Assembly (NCBI GenBank): GCA_030167865.1
Contig: JALAGF010000323.1
Span: forward strand, 1-64,000
Origin: Craspedostauros australis
Lineage: Eukaryota
Direction: 5' to 3'
Length of the DNA stretch: 64,000 bases
In this document: piece by piece, positions 12,457-25,400 of the stretch
Numbering within the stretch: position 1 is the stretch's first letter
Layout: each line of letters begins with the position of its first letter
Notes under the pieces: generated by a model
Database searches by the model: none
What the model was told of the DNA's origin: nothing
The model's input: the letters and a program-made list of their open reading frames with translations, nothing else
Program-made: the position numbers and the translations under genes

Positions 12457-13448
12457 TGACGTCGAAGAATGGGTTCTCGTTTGTTGATGTGCGCTTGTGT
12501 CGAGTTCGCAACCAGGAGTATCAGTGAAGTCATTAGCACAGACGCCGAACTTCGACAAATGTTTGTGCAAACGCTTCACGTCACGCAAATCTGCATCCGA
12601 ATCCGCGCGCACGTCGCAGCGCGGTGCCATGGAACCACACACACACTCATCTCTTTCTTGACACGACACGCATGGGACGAATGCCGCTTCTGATTCGGCT
12701 TCGGAAAAGAAACTCTCAAAGATCGTGTCGAAGGACACCATCAGAGAACGATACTGCAACGACAGCCGGAGCAGCAGGCGGAGCGAGGCAGACAAGTCGA
12801 ACGTCACAACTGCCTCCTGATCCTCGTGGTCGTGCTCGTGGTCGTACTTGTGGTCGTCCTCGTAGCCAAGGCAAGGACAACAGAACCCTATCGGATCTGC
12901 GGAAGGCCGTGCTGCCGACTCATCCAATCCGGATCTCATCTCAGCCATCGCATCGCAAAGCGACACGACGCAGCTCGGTCCAGACAGAATCAAACCAGTT
13001 CAAACCAAGCCAGATCAATTCAACTCGATTCAAGTCGACTGACTTGAACTCAAATCGCATCAAGCACGAAGGTCTAGCCAAGTCAACTGCTCCAGAGCAC
13101 AAGTGGAGAGATCGATTGGCTTATCATACTAATACATATTGTACCACACGCGTATTCGGGATACCTCTCTGCTTCTGGTGCGACTGCATCAGTCTCGCTG
13201 ACCATCGAGGTTTCAGTCCATCCATTGGCCAGGATCGCCCATCAGTTGCCAGGGTCGGCAAAATTCGAAGCACGAGCATTGGGTTCCGAACCCCGCGTCA
13301 ATTGGCAGCCCCAAGAATCCCGACAAACCACAACATTCCAGACTGGCAAGAGCGATCAGGTGGGACGGCGGCAAGGGCGCCACAGCTACTCATACTGCTG
13401 CTGGGCCAAAGCACGGAGAGAGACCTGATACTGCTTGAGCAGACGTCA
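12457..13448 (+). promoter_or_regulatory. Cluster of CRE half-sites (CCRE-like) upstream of giant gene A
   Basis: TGACGT at 12457-12462; ACGTCA at 12578-12583, 12801-12806 and 13443-13448. These match the bZIP-bound CO2/cAMP-responsive hexamers described for the Phaeodactylum ptca1 promoter. Function is inferred, and the region is shared with the divergent SF3A3 gene. Confidence 0.35.
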
Positions 13449-13461
13449 TCGTCACGGCAGC

Positions 13462-16400
13462 ATGAAGCTCAGCAACGCCATTCCGATACTTCTGCTGGTA
13501 GCACCGATAGATGCATTCACATCTTGGGCACCGCGTTCCTTCGTCTCGCGAACGGGTGCCAACGCTGCTCGATCGACCGACACACTCCTCTGGTCATCGA
13601 CGCCACCATCGGATGCAAGTGACGACAATGGCAACAACGCTGACGACAACGACAGCTCCAAGAACACTCTGGATGACGAAGTTCGCAGCGCGTACGACCA
13701 GTGGCGGACGCAATACGACATCGGAGACTATGATGAGGAACGATATCAGAACTTCAAGCTCAACTACATGTCCTTGATGGGCGCGAATTCATTCTCCATC
13801 CAACGCGCCCGCGAAGAAGGCAAGGATCCCGACACCCTCATGATGCTCAATGAATTCGCCGACTTCTCCAAGGAGGAATACCGGGCCATGATGCAGGATC
13901 AGATGGCCAATTCCGATCAGATGGATTCCTTCACCAGCAACGATGCCTACGGCGATGACGATGGCAACTGGGACGGCACCGGCTTTCAGACCTTCGGCAG
14001 CGTGGAAGATCTCGAAAATGCCATGGCCAATATGGACGTCGACACGCCACCACCGCCACCACCTCCCGAGCAGCCACCCACACCGCCGCCAACCGCAGCA
14101 TCGCTGCTGGCAGAGCCGCTGTCGCGGGTGCAACCGCAGGAGAAGTCGGCAGGTTTGCAGAGTTACGAGCGCAAAATGCAGGATGAACAAAAGAGGCTGC
14201 GGGCAGAATTTGAACGAGACCAGCAGCAGAAGTCTCAGCAGACGCCACAGCAGAAGCAGCTGCAACTGGAGCGGGAGAGGCAGCTGGAGCAGCAGCGACA
14301 ACAGCAGCAGGACCAGCAGAAACTGGATGACAGCGTCAACGTTCCAGACGACAGGGAGGTTTGGACGGCATACACCGATTGGTGCAACGACTTTGGCAAA
14401 CCGCTCAATGAGAACAGGTTCCCCAGTTTTAAACGGAACTACATCTCCATGTCGCGCTACAGCCAGCAAAGCGGCAAGGTCATCACCCTCAACGAATTCG
14501 GAGATTACTCCTACGACGAGTACAAGGAGATGGAACTTCGGGGGAAGCAAATGCAACAATCGGCGAATGCCTTCGGGGCGGCGCCCAAGCCATTGCAGGT
14601 GGTCGATCCGCCCAAGTCACAGGCTGCGGAATCGTCTGAAGAATCGAAACAGGATGCCGACAAACCGAAAGCCAAGTCGTTGACGGAGATGCAAGCCGAG
14701 GCTGCCAAGAAGGGATCGTCTGAAGAATCGAAACAGGATGCTGACGAGCCAAAGCCTGCTGCAGCGAAGTCGTTGACGGAAATGCAAGTGGAGGCCGCCA
14801 AGAAGGAGGCAGACAAGTCGAAGCCGGTAGCCAAGTCATTGACGGAGATGCAGGTCGAGGCTGCCAAGAAGGAATCGGCCAAAGCACCCAAGGAGGATGC
14901 TGACAAGCCAAAGCCTGCAGCGAAGTCATTATCAGAAATGCAAGCCGAAGCTGCGAAGAAGGAGGCCGATAAGTCAAGGCCGGCGGCAAAGTCATTGACG
15001 GAAATGCAAGTCGAGGCTGCAAAGAAAGACTCGCTCAAGGATGGCGTTGCTGACAAGCCGGACGACGAGGCAGATGCGCCTGCTGCTCCCGCCCCGCCAT
15101 CTCCCACCAAGGAGGCTAAAGAAGTCAAGCGGACTGATGCTGGCAAGAAATGGTTCAAGCTGTGGTCGTCAGAGAAGTCTGATGATGAGAACGCAGCACC
15201 AAAAGAAATCAAGGAGGAGCCAAAAAAGACGAAGGTCGACGCCAAAACAACGACACCTACAACACAGGCGGCGGTAAAGAAACCGAGCGAGGTCACCAAG
15301 GGTGACGGCATCGCAAATGCCGAAACCAACAAGTCATCGGACGGCACGGATGCGTCAACCAAGGTACCCACGAGCGGTAATTCGTCGACAGCGACAAAGA
15401 AGGACGACGGGGCGAAAGAGTCCAGCAACAGCGTCAAGCCACCTGTCGAGGAGACCAAGGTCTCAGCACCGTCACTCACCACCATGGCGAAAGCGGCCAA
15501 GGAGGCCACTGAAGCCGGTCTCGGCCAGCAATCGTCCAAATCATCGACTTTCGATAGCCCGAACATTCCATCCATGCCATCCAATGCCGACAAGAGCACA
15601 GGCAAGTCAACCAATACCAAGCAGGTCACCATGATCAAGGAGATGCCTTCCGAACAGGAGGATACATCTGGCGACGAGAAGAAGTCAATACAGAATACCT
15701 CCTCCGGACCACGGTCGCCGACGAGTCCGGATTCCGAGACATCCGGTGGATCGCCGCCGCCACCCAAGAATCCCTCCGGTTCCTCAAGTTCCTGGTCCTT
15801 GGATAATCTACAGAAGGCCGCGTCTATGTCATCTGACGAAAAGAAATCGAAAGAGACAGATAAGCCGTCAGATTTAACGACAAAGGCTGAACAACCAGAG
15901 AAGAAGGATGCACCTGCTGCCAGCAATCCATTCAGCGCGTGGTCACCCAATGATTTGGGAACGCCAAAGGCGGAGGAGCCAGAGAAAGCTACCGAGTCCA
16001 AGAAGGCGGAGCCCGCAGCTAGCAATCCCTTCAGCGCGTGGTCACCGAATGATTTGGGAAAGCAGGCTTCAGACACCAAGGAAACCGAGAAGGAGGAGAA
16101 GGCCCAACCCGCCAGCAATCCTTTCAGCGCGTGGTCACCCAACGATTTAGAAACGCCCAAAACGGACAACATAGACACAACAACAAAGTCCAAGAAGGAG
16201 GAGGAGGCTGAGGAGAAATCGAAGAAGACCGAGCCCGCAGCCAGCAACCCATTTAGCGCATGGTCGCCTGGTGGCTCGGGAAGCAATGCATCCGACAGCA
16301 AAGAGACGAAGGAGGAGGAAACCAAGAAAGCACAGTCCGCGACCAGCAATCCATTTAGCGCATGGTCTCCTGGTGACTCGGGAACACCGAAGGCGCCGGA

Positions 16401-19400
16401 GCCAGTGAAGAAGTCGGAAACCAAGAAGACAGAACCTGTTACCAGCAACCCATTCAGTGCATGGTCTCCTGGCGGTTCAAGAACACCGAAGACAGAGGAA
16501 CAAGAGACCACCCCCGAAAACAAAAAGGCAAAGCCTGCGACTGGCAATCCCTTCAGCGCTTGGTCTCCTGGTGGCTCGGACAGTAGTGAATCCTCTGACA
16601 GCAAGGAAACGAAGAAGAAGGAGGAGGAAACCAAGAAGGCAAAACCTGTAGCCAGCAATCCCTTCAGCGCTTGGTCACCTAACGACTTGGGAGCACCGAA
16701 GGCAGACGAGCCAGATAATTCTACCGAGTCCAAGAAGGCTGAGCCCGCAGCTAGCAATCCCTTCAGCGCATGGTCTCCTGGTGGCTCGGGAAGTAATGAA
16801 TCTTCTGACAGCAAAGAAACCAAGAAAGCGGAGGAACCAACGAAAGCAGAGCCTGCGGTCGGCAATCCTTTCGGCGCATGGTCACCAAATGATCTGGGAA
16901 CACCGAAGACGGAGGAGCCAGAGAAAGCTACCGAGTCGAAGAAGGCAAAGCCTGCGCCCAGCAATCCCTTCAGCGCATGGTCGCCCAATGATCTGGGAAC
17001 ACCAAACGCGGCGGAGCCGAAGGCGGAAGAGCCAGAGAAAAAGGCACAACCAGCAGCCAGCAACCCATTCAGCGCTTGGTCTCCTGGCAGTTCCGGAGGC
17101 AATGCATCCGACAGCAAAGAGACGAAGAAGGAGGAAGCGACGAAGAAAGCTGGACCCGTTGCCAGTAATCCCTTCAGCGCTTGGTCTCCTGGTGGTTCAG
17201 GAAACGAGACCTCCGAGAGCAAAGATGCTAAAAAGGAGGAGACTGAGGAAGAACCGAAGAAAGCTCAGCCTGCGGCCACTAATCCTTTCAGTGCTTGGTC
17301 ACCCAATGACTTGGGAACACCAAAGGCGGAGGAGTCAGAGAAAGCTACCGATTCCAAGAAGGCAGAGCCTGCGCCAAGCAATCCCTTCAGCGCTTGGTCT
17401 CCAAGCACTTCCGGAACTCAGCTTTCTGAGACCAAGGAGGAGAAGAAGGAAGAAGTGCCGAAGAAAGCAGAGCCTGCGGTCAGCAATCCTTTCAGCGCAT
17501 GGTCACCCAACGACCTTGGAACACCGAAGTCGGAGGAGCCGAAGAAAGATCAGCCGGCTGGGAATCCATTCAGTGGATGGTCTCCTGGTGGTTCAGGAAG
17601 CAACTCCTCGGGCGATGACAAAACTGCTGACTCAAAGAAGAGAGAAGAAAAAGAGAAGGCAGAGCCCGCGACTAGCAACCCTTTCAGTGCATGGTCTCCC
17701 AACGACTTGGGAAGCAAGGCTTCTGATACTGGCACACCCGCAAAGACAACAAATGCAGTTTCAGAAGTCGAAGCCGAAGCCGAAACAACGACCGAGAAGC
17801 CTGAGCCGGCCAAGAATCCATTCAGTTCGTGGTCTGCCAACGACTTGAGCAAGAACTCAACAGACAGCAAGGCAGAGGAACCAACGAAGAAGGTCGAATC
17901 TGCGGGGAACCCATTTAGTGCTTGGTCACCCAACGATTTGGAAAGCGGATCGTCGACCAGCGGAGCCAACGAAACATCTCCGAAGAGCGATGAGGAGACC
18001 GCTGGAGCCAAGGCAGCCGGGGCGAAGAAGTCAGAACCGGCCAAGAATCCATTCGGAGCATGGTCGCCAAACAACCTTGAGGCCAAGCCTGCTGAAAGCG
18101 AATCGGTCAAAGCGGCGGAGACCAAGAAGTCGGAGCCCGCAAAGAATCCATTCGGGGCTTGGTCGCCAACCAACGTCAATGTCGACAAACCAAAGGTGGA
18201 GGAAACCCAGAAAGAGAAGCCCGCCGGCAATCCTTTCAGCGCGTGGTCTCCCAATGACTTGAGTGCCAATTCGACAACCAGCGAGACGAGGGAAGCAGCG
18301 AAACCGACGGAGGAGGCGAAGAAGGCGAAGCCAGCGGGGAACCCATTCAGCGCGTGGTCTCCCAGCGATCTCAGCGCAAATTCGACCTCCGATGGATCCA
18401 GCGAAAGCTTTGGTAAGACGCCGAAGAAGTCAGACGAAGCAAAAGTCGAGGAGGCACAGAAGCCGGAACCTGCGAATAATCCATTCAGCGCGTGGTCGCC
18501 AACAAATGCCAACGCCAAACCAGACAAGCCCAAGGCGGAGCAGGCCAAGCCAACCGCCAATCCATTTAGCGCATGGTCGCCAACCAACACCGACAAGCCA
18601 AAGGTGGAAGAGGCGAAGGATGCCAAGCCAGCCGCCAATCCGTTCAGCGCTTGGTCTCCCTCTGCCTCGAGCTCGAATCCCACAACTGACAAGGCGAGTG
18701 AAGCGGCTGGAAAGCCAGCTGAGCCGAAGAAGCCAGAGCCAGCAAAGAATCCATTCAGCGCATGGTCGCCAAGCAACACCACCACCGACAAGCCAAAGGT
18801 GGAGGAGGCCAAGCCAACCGCCAATCCATCTAGCTCATGGTCTCCTTCTGCATCGAGCTCGAACTCCACAACTGACAAGCTGAGTGAAACGGATGGAAAG
18901 CCAGCTGAACCGAAGAAATCAGAGCCAGCGAACAACCCATTCAGCGCATGGTCGCCAACCAATGCCAACAACACCGTCGACAAACCAAAGGTAGAGGAGG
19001 CGAAGGATGTCAAGCCAGCCGCCAATCCATTTAGCGCTTGGTCTCCCTCTGCCTCGAGTTCGGACTCCACAACTGTCAAGGCGAGTGAAGCGGCTGGAAA
19101 GCCAGCTGAACCGAAGAAGTCAGAGCCGGCGAACAACCCATTCAGCGCATGGTCACCGACCAACTCCAACACCGACAGTGACAGTGACAGTGACAAACCA
19201 AAAGAGGCTGAACCGACGAAAAATCCCTTCGGTGCATGGTCTCCCAATGACTTGAGCTCAAACTCAACAACAGACCAGACAAGCGCAACAGCTGGAGAGC
19301 CGCCACTTGAACTGGAGAAGAGTGAACCTGCAAAGAATCCTTTCGATGCGTGGTCGCCAACCAATTCCAACAGCGACAAGCCAAAGACCGAGAAGCCGCA

Positions 19401-22400
19401 GAAGATTGAGCCGAACAAGTCAGAGCCAGCGAAGAATCCATTCAGCTCCTGGTCACCGAACGATTTGGAGTCCAAGTCCGCACAAAATATCACCACGGGA
19501 TCTTCCAGCACACCCCAGATGGCCAAAAAGCCAGAGCCAGCAAAGAATCCGTTTGGCGCGTGGTCGCCGACCAACTCCAATTCCGACAAGCCCAAGCCAG
19601 CTGAACAACAGACGGAGGAACCAAAGAAGGCTGAACCTGCAAAGAACCCCTTCGGCGCATGGTCGCCGACCAACATCACTACAGACAAGCCGACAACTGA
19701 GCAGCCGAAAAATGTCAAACCTGCACAGAATCCCTTCAGCCCATGGTCTCCTTCAGGCACGGCCATGAATGCAACTGAGTCCGGTGGCAACGCTTCGACG
19801 AAGGATATGCAGCTGCAGCAGCCCAATACATCTGCTAGTTCCTCGGTTCCAGAGAGGCCTCAGGCAGCACCAACTGCTGACAAGCCAGTCAACTTCACCA
19901 GCTCAGCAATGGCACCGCCATCAGCATCAAATGGACCAGCGCAGACAGGCACAAACAGCAGTGTCTTGGGTGTGCCATCGCCAGCTGGTGCTTCCAAGCA
20001 AGCGACGGAGCGGAACGTCGAAAAGAATGTCGTGGAAGCAAAAGTTGCGAAGCCATCTTTTTTCGATCAACCCAAGAAGGAAGAACCTCGCAAGAATCCA
20101 TTTGGATCGTGGTCAACAGGCGGTGATGGTAGTGCTTCCGAAGGCAAGCCAAAAGAAGTTGCAGCGGGCAACAGTCTGGATGAGCCAAAGCCAGCAAGTG
20201 AAGCGTACAACCCACTATCAGCGAACAAGCCACAGCAGTCACCGCAGAAGCTGCAGAAGCAAGAGCAGCCTGAGCAGTTTGGCATTCCTTTCGTCACAGG
20301 AACGAATGACAACAAGCCGGTCACGCCAAAGGTACAACAGAAATCACAATCGGCCCAACCTACGCAAGCAAAGGGTTCGTCCATGTCTCCTCCACCGAAC
20401 AAGCCAACAACCAACGAGCCAGTGAAATCAGGAGCAACAAAGAGTGGAACTGTACCCTCAAAACCATCTCAATCAGGACCAGGGACATCATCAACGTCAC
20501 AGCCACCACCGCCGCAGCGGGATCTGATTGCAGAACGGATGCAACAGAGGAAGGCTGCGCCAGCACGAACAACGTTCTTCCCATGGTCGCCGGAGAGCGA
20601 CAATTTCATGCAATCGGATGCTACTCCTGAAAGAGTTCCTGAGACACCCAGGAAGCAAGCAGGATGGGCGATATCTTCGGCGCAAGGCGCGGCTCCAACG
20701 CCGAAAGGAGCAGGAGAAGTCGAAGTACCCAAACAACAACCCAGGCCTGCGGTTGAGCAGAAACTCTCGCAGGACAAAACAAAACAAAGGACACCGCCAA
20801 CAGCATCGAAGGTTCCTCCTCTGACATCTGGATCTGGGTTCACAACTGCTGTCACCAATGCACAAGCTGGAAAGCCAGCAGAAGACGGGAAGAAGGATGA
20901 AGCTCCGTCCCAAAACTCATTCTTTGGCAGCCTGGCGGATACTTTTTCGCCAAAGCAGAACACAAAGCAGGAACAGAAACCAAACGTGGAGAAACCAAAG
21001 ATGGAGCAGCCAAAGATGGAGAAACCAAAGGTAGAAGTGAAGAAGAATACCACAACGCCAACCTCTGTGTTCGCAACCAAACCAGCCGCACCAAAGGACA
21101 CCAAACCAGCGGTGCCGAAGAGTGCGGAAACTGGACAGCAACAAGGAGTCTCGCCACCACCACCTTCGTCCTCAGTTACCGGTAGCTCGCTGGATTCCAT
21201 GGCAAGATCGCAGTCGACCAATGCGCCGAAGAAGCCCGCCGTCGAGCCGAATGAAGGCACAACCTTCTTTTCACCCAACAAGCCACCACAGGCTTTGGAG
21301 AAGCCTCCACAGCCACTCAAGGAGAAAGAGAAGCCGCCACCCGTTCCAAAACAAGAGCAAAAGCCACCTCCGCCACAGCAGCAACAGAAGCAGGGAGATG
21401 GCGCAGGGTGGAACCCGTTTGCACCGAAAGATGCTGCGCCAGAACCGAAGGCCGACTCCGCTGCTCCAGAAATCACGAATGCCAAGCCAGACATCCCAGA
21501 TCCAAAGAAGGACTCGCCGCCAAAGACATCAACTCCAGAGCAGTCCCAGCCAGAAACAACGACTGAAGGATTCGGAGGCTTCAGGATGCCGTGGGATAAG
21601 CCGAAGGAACCACCTGCTTCCAAGATCAAGGAAGAGGAAGACAAAAAGAAGAAGCTGCAGGAGGCGGCGGCGAAGGCTGAAGCTGAGGCAAAGGCGTCAC
21701 AGATGAATGCAAAACAGGACGAGGCGCAGCAAAGTCAGAAACCGAAGCCACAATCGAAGGCGAAAGACTCCGTGGCGTCTTCTACCGCGCCAGTCAATGG
21801 CAGCGTCAATGGCGTATCTCCACGACAATCTCTGAATGGCACGCAGACTGGCCCGCAGAGCGTCACGCAACCGCTCAACCCTGCACGCAATGATCCACCA
21901 CAATCCGTGCAGCCACCGAATCGTGCGCAGAATACTGCGTCGAGAACAACACAACATCCGCCCCAACGCCCGCCGCAACGCCCGAATGGATCGGCACAGG
22001 TTGCCTCTGAGAACAATTTGCTCAGCAGCAACCCTGTCAACAGACTCCAGCAACCCGGAGGAGCTTCTATTGGACGACCCGGCGCCCCACCCCCGCAGCA
22101 GCCAGTGAATCGCCCTCCCGTCAATCGCCCGCCTCCACAAGCTCGACCACCCCAACAGACACGACCACCGCCACAAGCACAGCCGCCTCAGCGGCCTCAG
22201 CAACCGTCGCAAGTACAAGCCCAAGGGCGTCGGACGACATCGCCGCCTCCTCCGAATCGACCCAATCAACGACAGAATCCTCAGGCACAGCGGCCAAACC
22301 CTGGGCAGCAAGCAACGAACGGCGCATCTTCGGGATTCTTTGGTGATACACCACGACCCAATCCAAATGGATCGTACGGAGGTGGCAACCAGAACAACCA

Positions 22401-25400
22401 AGCTCCAACGGGCACCAGTGCTCAAGATTTGTTGGCAGAACCATTATTCCCAAAAAACAACCAAGGCAGGGAAATGAAAAGTCGCATGCCCATTGAGTAC
22501 AAGACGCAGTCCATGTCGGACAGAGTCGCGAACAAGATGCAATCGCAGAATGGGTACGACCAAATGCCCATGATCGACCGTCCTCTGAATGATCCCTTAG
22601 AGGCACCCAAAGAAACGGATACGAATAAAAAGCCCGACCAAAAGGTACCGGAGAAGTCAGATTCATCGTCATCTTCGAACTTCTTCAGTTCTGTCTCTAC
22701 ATTCCTTACAGGGGAGACAGAAGAAGAGAGAGAGCAGAAGAAAAAGGCGAAAGAGGCAGCCAAGCAAAAGGAGGCAGAAGAAGCTAATGAAAGAAGACTA
22801 GCAAAACAACGAGCCCAGAGGATTGCGTGGGAGAATGCGCAGGTCGAGAAAGAGAGAGAGCAGGAACGGAAGAAAGTCCAGATGCAAAAGGAGGCGGAAG
22901 AAGCGAAAGAGAGGCAGCTCGCGAAGCAGCGATCGCAGAGAATCCAGCGGGAGAATGTGCGACTCTCACGACAGAGAGAGGAGGAACGCGCCGAACGTGA
23001 GAAACAAAAGGAGGAAGAGAGGCTGGAGAAGCAGCGGTTGAAGATCGAGGCGCAGCTGGAGCGTGAGCGGCAGAGAGAGGCCGATCGCATTGAGCAAGAA
23101 CGAAGGAGAGAAGCCGAACAGATCGAAAAGGTAAGCAATGACGATGTTGACAATGTTGAAGATGACGTTGACGACATTCGCGTTGATGATGTATCAATTT
23201 GTGTACTGATATGGCTCCGGGCAACACTACATTCGCCGTCTCATTCCCTTTTGTTACATTTGACCGTCGCCTATCACGTCGCCGACACCACGCACGATGC
23301 TACTCTACTCTACTCTTCTCCACGTTTGTGACTGAGTGCGCAGGCTGCCCAAAAGCTTGCAGCGCAACAAGCGCAGTTGCGGAAAGAGCAAGAGGATCTG
23401 GCGGCGGAGAAAGCCCGTCAGTTCGCCCAGGAATGGGAGGTAAAGCAGCTCCGTTTGGCCAAGGAGGCTGTGGAAGCTGCGAGGCGCCGAGAAGAAGAGG
23501 AGCTGGCCGCCGAACAAGCCCGAATTGAGGCCTTGGAATGGCAAGGAATCCAGCGCGATTTGGAAAAAGAGGCCAACAAGGAAAAGCAGCGGCGGGAGAT
23601 CCAGGAGATGATTGCGAAGAAAGTGGAAGGTAGAGCGAAGGAACTGCAGAAGACACCACGACTGTCTCCGCCTGAACCTGAGAGTAAGAAGTTCGCACGA
23701 CCACCGAAGTCCCCGCCTGTGACCAGTCTGGTCGATGGCAGCAGAGATCAAACGAAGGCCGATACTCGGGACAATTCGAAGAAGCAGAGTACCTCGTTTG
23801 GGTTTGGTGGGATCTTCACAGCGTTTGGAAGCAGCGTCGATCCTGGCGATGCGCCCGTCCCCGATGGTAGGTCCACCATTGTGATCGAGCCTGTTCCTGA
23901 GGAGAAGATCTGGAAGCCTTTCAAGTTCTTCGACATCTTCGTCTCGAAGGAGAAGCTTCGAGGTCAAACGGAACCAAGAATGACGATTGCCATCGCGCCC
24001 CCAGAGCCAGAGAAGGACTCGGACGCGCCAAGACGAGGAATCTTCTCCTGGATCTTTGCTCCAGGGTCATCGTCATCGAACAACGAAGAGAACAACGCTG
24101 GTGACCAGAGTGATGCTATAGCCGCCACTTCGTCGGTTGGTTCCGCCGCAAGCGGGCAGCCCACAACGCCGCGACCAATCCTTCTTTCACTCTTCGACTG
24201 GTCGAACAAGAACAAGGATGCGACAAACGACAAAGAAAAGAAAATACAGAAGAGCCAACAGGCCAAGGCAACAAGCGCAGGCACATCCAACAAGCCATTT
24301 TCGATGTTTGGGCAGAGCGCCACCAATTCCACTGAAACACCAGTCGTACCTGGCATGGACAACAAGAAGGAACCAGACACCATGTTTGCATTTTCGTTCT
24401 TCAACCCGCCAAAGAACGTCACAAGCAAGCCAACCGCCGAACGTGTGCAACAGCCAGCGAAGAAAAAGCAACAAGCAGCATCTACGAATTATTTCTTCAG
24501 CAGGCCAACCAACCCTGTAGCAGACAAGACACCAGTCGACAGGGAGGTAAGTACTCTACCCGAGTCTTCTCCATGCATTTGCCGGATTTGATATTGACAT
24601 CAACATGGTTTTCTCACCCCAGTCATCCTCATTTTGTTTCACTAATATCTCAACTGACGCCGTGGCATGCTCCGAGTAAACTCCGCAAATGTGATGTGTG
24701 TGTACGTGTGTGCGCCATGATCAATCCTCTGGTACTGCCGTCATCCATCGTAACAGGCTCAGCAAAGTAAGATCGCGGCACTCCGTGCCAGGTATGCGAA
24801 GAAGTCAGCCGCGGCGCAGACAAAGGTGACTCCTGCCCGAGCTTCTCCACCAGCAAGGAAGCCGGTGGTAACAGCTGTGACCAAGCCAAAACCAACGATG
24901 CGCATGCCAGCACAAACGAAAGAGGCCGCAGCAAGGCAGAAACCAGCACCTCAAACGAATTCGTTCGGTTCATTTTTTGGCATGGGAGGCAACCAACAGG
25001 CGGCAAAGAAGGAGGCGCCAAAGCCTAGAGCCACGGCGAAACCCAAACCAAAGCCATTAACGAAGCCAAGGCCCACACAAGTAATGAAGACGAAGCCGAA
25101 ACCAAAGCCGATGGTGCGGCCAAAGCCAGTGGCAAAACCCAAACCCGTCGTCAAACCAAAGCCAAAGGTGGCGGCGAAGGCCACGCCGGCCACCAAGCCA
25201 ACGCCCAAGTCAGGCGGTCTGTTTGCCAATCTGCGATTAGGCGCAAAGAAGCCACCGCAACAGCCCAACATCAAGGCAGTCGTCGAAGTGCCAACCATCT
25301 CCTTGTGGAAGCAAAACCCAGACGGCACTATCACCGGTTTTGTGAGCGGTTCCCAGTCCATTCGCAACGGTTCCAAGATCACGACCTCCATCGTTCGGAA

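Noticed and set aside
12319-13622. ORFs 12319-12993 (-) and 12624-13622 (+)
   Set aside because: No recognisable domain and atypical composition; they lie in the divergent promoter region between SF3A3 and gene A.
15922-19752. Repeat-spacer pattern superficially like a CRISPR array
   Set aside because: Repeats vary at synonymous positions, spacers keep the frame and resemble each other, the array lies inside a eukaryotic ORF, and there are no cas genes.
14511-19826. Long antisense ORFs of 903 aa and 758 aa (GDHALNG repeats)
   Set aside because: Shadow frames of the repetitive gene A coding strand; no independent features.
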